Of a stretch of DNA of 64,000 nt, positions 55,907 through 64,000 are shown piece after piece; within the stretch, counting starts at the first letter, position 1, and every line of letters starts with the position of its first letter. The DNA comes from an uncultured virus (IMG/VR IMGVR_UViG_3300010348_000552). Taxonomy: Duplodnaviria > Heunggongvirae > Uroviricota > Caudoviricetes. The stretch lies in the IMG/VR virus record IMGVR_UViG_3300010348_000552; one strand, given 5' to 3'. The translations under genes and the position numbers were made by a program. Under the pieces are notes generated by a model. That model was given only the letters and a program-made list of their open reading frames with translations, did not search any database and was not told where the DNA came from.

Positions 55907-58044
55907 TAGCGGATGATTTTCGGCACCTGAGCCAATATTGTCAGGGTATTGGGGTGGAGTTCGGAGAAGACGATGGCCACATCTCCTCGGGCCTACAGGT
56001 GCGTAACTGCCGCCGCAGAATCCCTCACGTCTCGGTCTGCGTGTCCAGTCCCGACGCCGTCAAGGTGGACGCCGAGAGCCAGGACTTCGTGGCTTGTATC
56101 CACTACCTCGAACACTACCAATCGCCGAAGGAAATCTTGGCCTACTGGTGGTCGTTGCTACGTATCGGCGGGCACATGGTTATGGTCCTGCCCGAGGCCG
56201 GGCGTTACCCACACGTCGGCCAGCCCGAGTGTAACCCCGACCACAAGGTAGACTACAACCTCGGCACCTTCGTCATGCGGCTGGCCAGTTGCGGTTTTGT
56301 CTTCGAGGTCGTCGAGAAGGGCTTCGTTGGGTCCAGTTTCTTCATCGTCGTGAAGAAGACCGCCAATGCCAGTGTTGTTGACGACTGTGACGCCCAGGAG
56401 ATTGTGGTTGAAGGCCGTTCCTTCGCGTCCCCGCCGATCAAGTGTAAGTACAGCGTCGTGATCCCCTTCTACAACCATGTCGTGACTACGCAGACCTGTG
56501 TGGACCAGTTATTCGCGGTCGCCAAGCCCGATGAAGTCATTCTCGTGGACGACGGTTCGACCTACCGTTATCCCAAGGACGACCGAGTACGGATTGTCCG
56601 CTTCAACCGCAACAGTGGTTTTCCGATGGCCGTCAACCGTGGCGTCTCGGAAGCCCGGCATGAGTTTGTGGTCCTACTCAACAACGACGTGAAGCTGCAC
56701 CCCGGCTGCATGGAGAAACTGCTTCACGCCCTCCGTGACCCTGCCGTTGCCATCGCGGGCCAGGGGGGCGGCAAACTCAACGCGGACTATGTGTACGTGG
56801 GGCAGGACCTGCTCGACCCCGACTATATCGAGATGTTCTGCTGTGCCTTCCGCAAGTCAATGTGGGAACGGGTCGGCTCCCTAGATACCGACTTCGGGCT
56901 GGGCTACTGTGAGGATAGTGACTGGGGCCTCAGGGCACGACGCCTGGGCTTCAAGTTGGTCGCCATCCCCGGCCTGTGTAAGCACGAGGAGAGTAAGACC
57001 TTCGGCAAGAGTGAAGAGATCAAGGCCCACATCGAACGCAACCGCCAGAAACTCGTTGCCAAGCATCACCGGGGGAAGGCCTTGTGGGTGATGGCCTCCT
57101 TGGGCTGCAACGGCGGGTCAAAGGTCGTGCAGAAGCTGGCCGGGGCCATGCTCGACGCCGGTTGGCAAGTGGACGTGTGTTCCTTCACGGAATGGGCCAC
57201 TGCTGCTAAGGGTTGGGAACGGTTCGGCCATAAGACGACGGCAGAGGTAGACGACAAATACGACGTGGCCTTCAGCACCTTCCACTCGACGATGCCCTTT
57301 GTGGCGGGGTTGCGGTGCCAGCAGAAGATTGCCCTGATCCAGTCCGACGAACCCGAGTGGGGACCGGACGCGGTGGCTAAGACCAACTTCCTGCTGCCGG
57401 GCTTCAAGCACATCATCATTGCCGACCACATGCGGGAGTTCAAGCAGAAGTACGGCATGAAGATCATCGGCCAGCTTGACAACGGCGTGGACAATCTCAC
57501 CTTCACGCCCAAGTGGGTCTTCGATAGGTCGTGGCCGCACTCGCTCATGTTGATTCGGAAGGGCAGCATGGTCTGGTACGACGGCCAGCAATACGCCGAA
57601 GAGGCCGTGCTGGAGTTGGCAAAGCGGTATCACGATCTCAGTGTGACGGTGTTGGGGGGGACGAAGCCCCAGTGGCCCTGTGAGGTGAACCACGTTCGGA
57701 CCTACGATGAGGACGAAATCTGTGACCTCTACAACAGTGTCTCGTGCGTGGTCGTGCCGTCCCTGATTGAGGGTTCGAGCCTCGTGCCCTTGGAGGCAAT
57801 GGCCAGTGGTTGTCCGGTCGTCTCAACCGCCGTGGGGATGCACTATGCCACCGACGGGGTGAACTACCTGAGCGTCCCCTACAAGGACAGCAAGGCCATT
57901 GTCGAAGCGGTTAGCCGGGTGTTCGACGATGAGAAACTGCGGTGGCAACTCTACCGGGAGGGGCTGCGGCTTTCACATAGTAGGACGTGGGAGCGGGAGC
58001 AGGAACAGTTCATGGCAATCCTCGGCAAGGAGCTTCGGCAGTGA
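55903..58044 (+). CDS. Methyltransferase-GT2-GT4 fusion
   Basis: HYLEHY...LRIGG; VVIPFYN, VDDGST, LLNND, EDSDW; PSLIEG...LEAMASG. Confidence 0.88.
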   Translation: MIADDFRHLSQYCQGIGVEFGEDDGHISSGLQVRNCRRRIPHVSVCVSSPDAVKVDAESQDFVACIHYLEHYQSPKEILAYWWSLLRIGGHMVMVLPEAGRYPHVGQPECNPDHKVDYNLGTFVMRLASCGFVFEVVEKGFVGSSFFIVVKKTANASVVDDCDAQEIVVEGRSFASPPIKCKYSVVIPFYNHVVTTQTCVDQLFAVAKPDEVILVDDGSTYRYPKDDRVRIVRFNRNSGFPMAVNRGVSEARHEFVVLLNNDVKLHPGCMEKLLHALRDPAVAIAGQGGGKLNADYVYVGQDLLDPDYIEMFCCAFRKSMWERVGSLDTDFGLGYCEDSDWGLRARRLGFKLVAIPGLCKHEESKTFGKSEEIKAHIERNRQKLVAKHHRGKALWVMASLGCNGGSKVVQKLAGAMLDAGWQVDVCSFTEWATAAKGWERFGHKTTAEVDDKYDVAFSTFHSTMPFVAGLRCQQKIALIQSDEPEWGPDAVAKTNFLLPGFKHIIIADHMREFKQKYGMKIIGQLDNGVDNLTFTPKWVFDRSWPHSLMLIRKGSMVWYDGQQYAEEAVLELAKRYHDLSVTVLGGTKPQWPCEVNHVRTYDEDEICDLYNSVSCVVVPSLIEGSSLVPLEAMASGCPVVSTAVGMHYATDGVNYLSVPYKDSKAIVEAVSRVFDDEKLRWQLYREGLRLSHSRTWEREQEQFMAILGKELRQ

Positions 58045-58508
58045 AACTCGACATTGGCTACGGGGCGGGTAAAGCCGAAGGCTTCGTCGGCATAGACATT
58101 CGTGACCTGCCCGGTGTGGACATCGTAGCGGACATAACCAAGGGCGTTGACCTACCAGACGGTTGTGCTGAGGAAGTGCTTCTCTCGCATGTCATGGAAC
58201 ACATTGTCGAGTGTGACAAGGCCATCTAGGAGATCAATCGGCTCTGCCAGCCGGGGGCACTTATCACCATCATTGTTCCCGACGTGCAGCACGAAGCCTA
58301 TCACGTCCCCACGCACTGCAAGCCGTGGAGTCGCTACTTGTTCAAGCACCACCTCGCCTTGTGGGAGTTGGTATGTATCGAGGAAGTAGTTGATGAGGAG
58401 ACGTTGGCCGTTGCCAGGAAGTATCTGCCCCACATAACAGCACCGGATGCCATGCTACTATTTTGGAACTGCCGAAAGGAACTGAGGGTCGCATGCCGAC
58501 GCCGCTAA
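58041..58508 (+). pseudogene. Class I SAM methyltransferase with in-frame TAG at 58227-58229
   Basis: KLDIGYG...SHVMEH...AI*EINRLCQPGA...PTH; both halves are in one frame. Confidence 0.75.
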
Positions 58509-59626
58509 AGGTCCTTGCCGTCGTGCCGGATGGTAACGTCATGGATCGGCTCCGTATCTACTCGCAGTGGAACGTGGACCTCGAATGGCACCTAATCATG
58601 GTGCGGCCCGACGCGGCCCTCGAACCGACGGATTGGGTGGAACGGGTGCATCATCTTCAGATTGAAGATCGGTCGCTGCTGGATAGCGTCCCCGAGGCGT
58701 TCCCCGACCTTGAACACTGTCAGTACGAACGGGCTTGCCACGCCATCCGTGACCCCTTCGTGGTGAAGTGGCCGCTCTATGACCACGAGGCCATCGAGAA
58801 CGGTATCCTGCGTCTCAGGAACAAGTTGATGGCAATGGGACCAGCCGATCTAATCGTAACCTGGGGGGAACGGTGCTGGTATAACGAAGTGGCTATCGCC
58901 TTCGCCCAAGAAGTCGGCGTCCCGGTCTGTAGGTTGGAACGGGCGACGTTCCCTGGAACCATCGTGGCCGACGGCACGGGCTTGGAACAGGGACGCACCG
59001 ACCTACCCTCCTGCCATCGTGTCTCCGAGATGGAAGCCTTCCCCTACGAGCAACTGGAAACATGGTTGAGCATAGCGGTCTGGCAGAGCGTTGAACAGCA
59101 GCAACGCACTACCCGTGGCATGGTGGAAGTCTACACTGACAATCGCCCCACGGTCTTCGTCCCCCTCCAGGTGCCGTTTGACACCAACATCGTCTTCCGT
59201 TCCGAGGGCTTTGGCAACTTCGAACTGCTGGAGTATGTGGCGGCCAAGTACAAGGATTGTCGGGTACTTGTGAAGGTCCACCCTGGAGACGCATACTCCA
59301 ATAGTCAACACGTCGCCGCCTACTGTGCCGACAAGGGTTGGGAGTTGCTGCCCTATAGTTCACAAGCCTTGATTGCGGCCTCGGACTTAGTGGTGAGCAT
59401 CAATAGTCAGTGTATCATCGAGGCCTGGATGCACGCCGTAGACGTGGACATTATCGGCAAGCCCGCCTTCGACCTGCCGGAAGAACCGGACAAGCAAGCC
59501 CTACTCTACACCCTCCGTTTCGCGTACTACATTGAGCCGTGGCAACTGACCACAAGACTGTCGCAGATCAGGGAGTCCTATGTCGATACAGAATCGTTGG
59601 GGCGGGGAACGGATTTCGTTGGCTAA
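58493..59626 (+). CDS. KpsS/KpsC-like capsule polysaccharide protein
   Basis: FVPLQVPFDTNI, VKVHP, VVSINS...EA. Confidence 0.75.
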   Translation: MPTPLKVLAVVPDGNVMDRLRIYSQWNVDLEWHLIMVRPDAALEPTDWVERVHHLQIEDRSLLDSVPEAFPDLEHCQYERACHAIRDPFVVKWPLYDHEAIENGILRLRNKLMAMGPADLIVTWGERCWYNEVAIAFAQEVGVPVCRLERATFPGTIVADGTGLEQGRTDLPSCHRVSEMEAFPYEQLETWLSIAVWQSVEQQQRTTRGMVEVYTDNRPTVFVPLQVPFDTNIVFRSEGFGNFELLEYVAAKYKDCRVLVKVHPGDAYSNSQHVAAYCADKGWELLPYSSQALIAASDLVVSINSQCIIEAWMHAVDVDIIGKPAFDLPEEPDKQALLYTLRFAYYIEPWQLTTRLSQIRESYVDTESLGRGTDFVG

Positions 59627-60200
59627 CGACACGCCCACGAACATAATCCAGGTCCACCTGAGCCGCTACGTGTGGGCCATGCACTACTGCACCGGCAAGC
59701 GGGTACTCGATGCCGGGTGCGGGATTGGCTACGGGTCATGGCTACTGGGTACGGTGGCAGCGGAGGTTGTCGGGATTGATAGCAGTGACGCGGCTCTCGC
59801 TGCCGCCAAGTCGGCCTTCGATGGTCTCTTCATCTGCTTGCCAATCGAGGAGGCCCCGGCTCAGATCACTACCCCTTTCGAGACCATCGTGGCCTTCGAG
59901 GTCGTGGAACACTTGACGGACATGCAGCAGGGGTTGACGGCCTTGAAGTCCATGCTGGCCCCCGATGGCGTGGCGGTCATTAGCCTGCCCTTGCACCACC
60001 CCTCCGAGTTCCACCATCGGCGTGACATGGCCTATGAAGACTGGGTAGGCGTCGTCTCCGAACAGTTCGTCATACGGGACACCTTCTGGCAGGGGCTGGA
60101 AGAATATCAAAGACAGGACGGCAACGTGAACATCCGTCGGTTGGTTGACGGGACGCCCAACACGGGCATCGTCATCTTTGAGGTGGCGGCCAGTGAGTGA
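59580..60200 (+). CDS. Class I SAM methyltransferase
   Basis: HLSRY, VLDAGCGIGYG, FEVVEH. Confidence 0.9.
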   Translation: MSIQNRWGGERISLANDTPTNIIQVHLSRYVWAMHYCTGKRVLDAGCGIGYGSWLLGTVAAEVVGIDSSDAALAAAKSAFDGLFICLPIEEAPAQITTPFETIVAFEVVEHLTDMQQGLTALKSMLAPDGVAVISLPLHHPSEFHHRRDMAYEDWVGVVSEQFVIRDTFWQGLEEYQRQDGNVNIRRLVDGTPNTGIVIFEVAASE

Positions 60201-61212
60201 GTTTCGGTTCTGCCTCTGGCTACCGTTTCAAGTCGAGAGACTGGATGTACGGTGGTTGGCCGAGATTGGTATCTATGGCATAATGGGGCCGACTGAAGTT
60301 CTCACGGCCACGTTCGCGGACCTGCTGCATAGTTACGGGCTGCGTGTCTTCCCACAGTGGCCGGAATGGGAACGTCTTGGTCTTTCCGGTCCTGCGGAAG
60401 CCTTCCGCAATCACTTGGGATTGATGGCTGCTAATGAAGTCGGCCCCTTGGGCAGCCCCTCGTACTGGCACCCGTTTGCCAACGAACTCGCGTCCCTATT
60501 ACTCGACGACCTCGAAGCTAGCCGACCGGACGGGTTACTCATCATCCCCCGTTACAGTGACAACCCCTTCCCTAAGCATTGGGAGAGGGTTGATGAGGAT
60601 AACTTTCTCAACAATGCTCAGTTCTACAGTTTTGACCAGTGGGCGGTAGCGGATTGGGCACGACACAGTGACGAACCGATGCCCACTCATGCCAGTGTGA
60701 CGCTGGACAATAGCCTTGGCACCAGCCATGACTTCTACCGCTGGTATCAAGGGGCGTGGCAGCGTCGTATCGAGGAGCTTACGGCAGCGGCTCTGGCGGC
60801 GGGCCATCGCGAGTTGTATACTTGGTATGCGCCCCTACCTGCCTTGACCTGTGAGAACATCGCCCTCGGTTCCTATAACTCCGCCTGGGTCTACGACAAG
60901 TGGGTGCGACAAGTGACGAACCAAGGAGGGCATCCCACGATCCTTGCCACTTGTCTGTTTGCGTCATGGTTGCCAATGCGGTCCACAGCCATTGCAATGA
61001 CACTGGACTTAGTTGAGAAGCACGGTTGGGACATGATGGCCGGGGCGGAGATTTGTAATAGCACGGATGGTGTCCTGATTGGCTTACTAAACAACGGGTT
61101 CTTTGGCAAGCGTAACGGACTATCATTGTTCGGGTCGGGCCGGTACTTCTTCGACCCAGTAAACCGCAGACCACTTACGGAGTTGGTGAGGAGGTTAGTT
61201 GATGCAGAATAA
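60193..61212 (+). CDS. Hypothetical protein
   Basis: About 339 aa, overlap-coupled in operon. Confidence 0.7.
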   Translation: MSEFRFCLWLPFQVERLDVRWLAEIGIYGIMGPTEVLTATFADLLHSYGLRVFPQWPEWERLGLSGPAEAFRNHLGLMAANEVGPLGSPSYWHPFANELASLLLDDLEASRPDGLLIIPRYSDNPFPKHWERVDEDNFLNNAQFYSFDQWAVADWARHSDEPMPTHASVTLDNSLGTSHDFYRWYQGAWQRRIEELTAAALAAGHRELYTWYAPLPALTCENIALGSYNSAWVYDKWVRQVTNQGGHPTILATCLFASWLPMRSTAIAMTLDLVEKHGWDMMAGAEICNSTDGVLIGLLNNGFFGKRNGLSLFGSGRYFFDPVNRRPLTELVRRLVDAE

Positions 61213-61843
61213 TGACGGCTACAACGGCGCATCCTTTGTCGGCCACCCCTATTCCACACCGTTAGCAACTAAGGACGTGCTGCACAAAAACTCCATGCTC
61301 TATCGTCGCAGTGTGTTGGGACACGTTGACGAGGGGGGAATGGGTGACCGGATCGGCGTGGGTCACGGTGACTTATTGATGCTGGAGTTGGTGCTGGCAA
61401 CCAACCCCGCAATCAGCAACTTGGTCGAGTTGGGGACGTGGTATGGCTACACCTCACTCTACCTGGGGATGGCGGCACGGCTGCGTGGTGGTGCCCTCTC
61501 GACCTTTGACATTGTTGACTTGCGGCCCGACGACGTGAAGGCCGCTTGGCTACCAGAGATGTTCTTCTTCGGCGGGGACCTCTTCAGTGAGACTTTCAAG
61601 GACGCCTCGGACTTAGCTTCTCTACCCAACACCTTCCTCTTTGTAGACAACGGTGACAAGCCGCATGAACTGGCTCTCTTCCACTCCTGTCTGAAGCCCG
61701 GTTCGATTGTTGCGGTACACGACTGGGAGGATGAGATCGGCCCTGCCGATGTCTCCTGTCTGAAGACGGAAGCGTTTGAGCCGATACTGCACGATGCGGC
61801 CCGTCTGTTGCACTCTTCCGTTAGGGCCTGGAGGAAGCGATGA
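61202..61843 (+). CDS. Class I SAM methyltransferase
   Basis: VELGTWYGYTS, FVDNG, LKPGSIVAVHD. Confidence 0.82.
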   Translation: MQNNDGYNGASFVGHPYSTPLATKDVLHKNSMLYRRSVLGHVDEGGMGDRIGVGHGDLLMLELVLATNPAISNLVELGTWYGYTSLYLGMAARLRGGALSTFDIVDLRPDDVKAAWLPEMFFFGGDLFSETFKDASDLASLPNTFLFVDNGDKPHELALFHSCLKPGSIVAVHDWEDEIGPADVSCLKTEAFEPILHDAARLLHSSVRAWRKR

Positions 61844-62775
61844 AAGACCGCCATCTACGCTTCTGTGTTTCACTGACTGGTATCGAAGACGGGGGCCTAC
61901 ACGTTGGCAACCTCATGGTCTTGCTCACGAACGTCGCCCTAGCCCGGCGGTACGGCTATGGGTTGTTGGTCCGCTATGGCTGGCAGTGGGTGGACTACTT
62001 CAAGTATTGGGGGGGGCGACTCCCCGGCCTGAACGTGCTGAGAGACAACCTGGACTACTTCGACATTCGGGAAGACATTCTGGTGGACGAGGCCATACGT
62101 CTGCCGCACTACATCGAAGACTGCCTTGCGTTGTCAAACATGGGGTTGCTGGAACAAGACGAGAGCGTGAAGATCGAGGCGAACTTCGATGCCTACTTGG
62201 CCGAGTATCTACCCGGCCTTGACCCCCACTGCGACTTCGTTGACTGGTTGCTTGATACCTACCGTCGCCTCGGCATAACCTCGCCGCTGTTCGTGCCCTA
62301 CCGTAACGGTCTCTACCCCGACCGTTGCCAGGGGATACTTAGGACCACTGCCACCGATGGCACGATTTTGTATTGTGGGGTGCGTGAAGCGGCCTGCAAC
62401 GTACTCGACGACTTGTGCTATGACATCGCTGCCGTGGTACGCGGGCTTGATATAGGGACGACGTATCTACCACTGGAATACGCCCTGTACTGGCGTCTCG
62501 GTAGAAACCCCCCGCTCTCCTGTCATTTGCCCGAAATACGCTCTCGCGGGGAAAAGATGTCGAAGCAGTCGGGCAACGCCAATGGCTATCGGTTACTTGA
62601 TTTACGGGAACGGTTTGACGCGGATGATCTGGCCCGCCACTTAGTCGGGTTGTGTATGGACATTCCCGCCGACCTCAACACCTTTGCTGATGTATGCCAG
62701 CATATCGAGTGGGCTTGGCTCAAGCCTCTCGCCCATATTGACATCGAGGAGACAGTATTCGCATGTCAGAGTTGA
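61840..62775 (+). CDS. GluRS/GluQ-like HIGH-superfamily protein
   Basis: LHVGN, VVRGLD, HLPEI...GEKMSKQ. Confidence 0.75.
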   Translation: MKDRHLRFCVSLTGIEDGGLHVGNLMVLLTNVALARRYGYGLLVRYGWQWVDYFKYWGGRLPGLNVLRDNLDYFDIREDILVDEAIRLPHYIEDCLALSNMGLLEQDESVKIEANFDAYLAEYLPGLDPHCDFVDWLLDTYRRLGITSPLFVPYRNGLYPDRCQGILRTTATDGTILYCGVREAACNVLDDLCYDIAAVVRGLDIGTTYLPLEYALYWRLGRNPPLSCHLPEIRSRGEKMSKQSGNANGYRLLDLRERFDADDLARHLVGLCMDIPADLNTFADVCQHIEWAWLKPLAHIDIEETVFACQS

Positions 62776-63716
62776 AGATCAGGTGGCGGCTGCACCGTGA
62801 CGACGAAAAGGAACCGACCACGCGGCAGCGTGGCGTCAACGTCTATCGCCAGTTGCAGCAACTCGGGTTTGACGCGGACAAGTGGGACGGTCGGGAAGCC
62901 GCCGACATCATTGTGTTGCAGTATTCCATGCGGCTGCTGGACGAGGCTTTGGCAACCGGGGCCACGGTCGTTGCCGACATCAACGACCAAGTGTTCGCCA
63001 AGCATCATGCCTACCACCAGGAGACGATGGCGGGGTTGGCTCGGGTACACGCGGTTGTGGCGGGTTCCCCCCGTCTCGGTCAGAACCTCCAGCGGCTACA
63101 CCCCACGGTGCGGGTCATCGAAGAGGCGGTTGACGGACGGTACTTGGCGGTCGAGAGGAAGAAGCACCAGGGCCTCAACGTCGTCTGGATGGGGATGCAC
63201 GACAACATCATGTACTTCCGTGAGATTGATCCGGCCCTTGAAGAGTTGGCGAAGAAGCACGACTTCACCGTTCACTTCGTATGCCCGCCGAATGATGGGT
63301 TCGGGAAGTCTAACGCCGATAAGGTCAAGACCAAACCCTACCCCGCTCAGTTTCATGCCTGGACGATGGACGACCTACTGGAACAAATGGCTGTGGCCGA
63401 CCTTGCCGTGGTGCCACTTTTTCAGCAGGAATGGACGTGGTGTAAGTGTGCCAATAAGATGCTGTCCTTCATGGCAGCGGGCCTGCCAGTGGTGGCGTCA
63501 CGGGTGCCCTCCTATGTGGCGGTGGCCGAACCGGGGACGGATTCCTTCCTGGCCTACAGTCCCGAAGAGTGGTACGCCGCCCTGGACCAGTTGTTCAGTG
63601 ACAGTGGCTTGCGGTCGAGGATTGGCAAGCGGGCACGGCTGAAGGCCCGGCAGTACAGCATCGAACGGATTGCCGACCAGTGGGTTGACTACTTTCGCCA
63701 AGTTGGTCCGAAGTAG
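62763..63716 (+). CDS. GT4-type glycosyltransferase
   Basis: VVWMG, CKCANKMLSFMAAGLPVVAS. Confidence 0.88.
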   Translation: MSELKIRWRLHRDDEKEPTTRQRGVNVYRQLQQLGFDADKWDGREAADIIVLQYSMRLLDEALATGATVVADINDQVFAKHHAYHQETMAGLARVHAVVAGSPRLGQNLQRLHPTVRVIEEAVDGRYLAVERKKHQGLNVVWMGMHDNIMYFREIDPALEELAKKHDFTVHFVCPPNDGFGKSNADKVKTKPYPAQFHAWTMDDLLEQMAVADLAVVPLFQQEWTWCKCANKMLSFMAAGLPVVASRVPSYVAVAEPGTDSFLAYSPEEWYAALDQLFSDSGLRSRIGKRARLKARQYSIERIADQWVDYFRQVGPK

Positions 63717-63778
63717 GCCGTTTGACAGGGGGGATAGTGCGGTGCTACCATACTAACACCACACTAAAGGAGTGGGCC

Positions 63779-64000
63779 ATGATTGTCGTGATTGGTAGCA
63801 CCGGACAGTTGGGGACGGAGTTGGTGAAGGCCTGTGAACGGTTTGGCATAGGGTGTGTCGGCCTGAGCCACGATGAGATTGACGTGACCAGTATCCATGT
63901 CAGCCGGTTCCGAGAGATACACGACAAGCATCCGTCGGAAAGCATCGCCGTAATCAACACGGCGGCCTACCACGACCTGAACAAGTGTGAGGAACACCCC
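63779..64000 (+). CDS. rfbD: dTDP-4-dehydrorhamnose reductase-like protein, partial
   Basis: AAGGAG RBS; MIVVIGSTGQLGTEL...INTAAYHDLNKCEEHP. Confidence 0.85.
   Translation, partial: MIVVIGSTGQLGTELVKACERFGIGCVGLSHDEIDVTSIHVSRFREIHDKHPSESIAVINTAAYHDLNKCEEHP

Noticed and set aside
1..64000. Genome-wide TAG recoding
   Set aside because: TAG ends clear genes such as the portal, and long genes have no internal TAG

Overview
A 64 kb segment of a GC-rich tailed dsDNA phage or prophage; the host cannot be identified from the sequence. (1) 1-5.65 kb: a leftward operon of small genes (LRR protein, Zn-ribbons, truncated ComM/YifB-like protein) with a 527-bp tandem duplication, punctuated by two canonical and one variant hammerhead ribozyme. 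(2) 5.85-6.7 kb: low-complexity DNA with a sharp strand-skew switch, a candidate terminus or origin. (3) 6.7-17.6 kb: accessory, RNA and nucleotide-metabolism genes, including tRNA-Ile2(CAT), an atypical long-arm tRNA, serine recombinases, RuvC-like, dNMP kinase and Dam-like MTase genes, two orphan structured RNAs, and a 79-nt tmRNA-like RNA with no coding domain that is split in its T-arm by a tnpB-only element. (4) 17.7-21.8 kb: a reverse-oriented block of virion-like genes. (5) 22.3-64 kb: a rightward late region with terminase, T4-type portal and protease-capsid fusion, neck, tail tube, chaperones, tape measure and holins. It is interleaved with a large glycosylation toolkit (split HldE, two GT9, GT2, GT4, methyltransferases, KpsS-like, a GluRS-like HIGH/KMSKS enzyme, RfbD). 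All calls come from motif recognition by eye; no searches were run.
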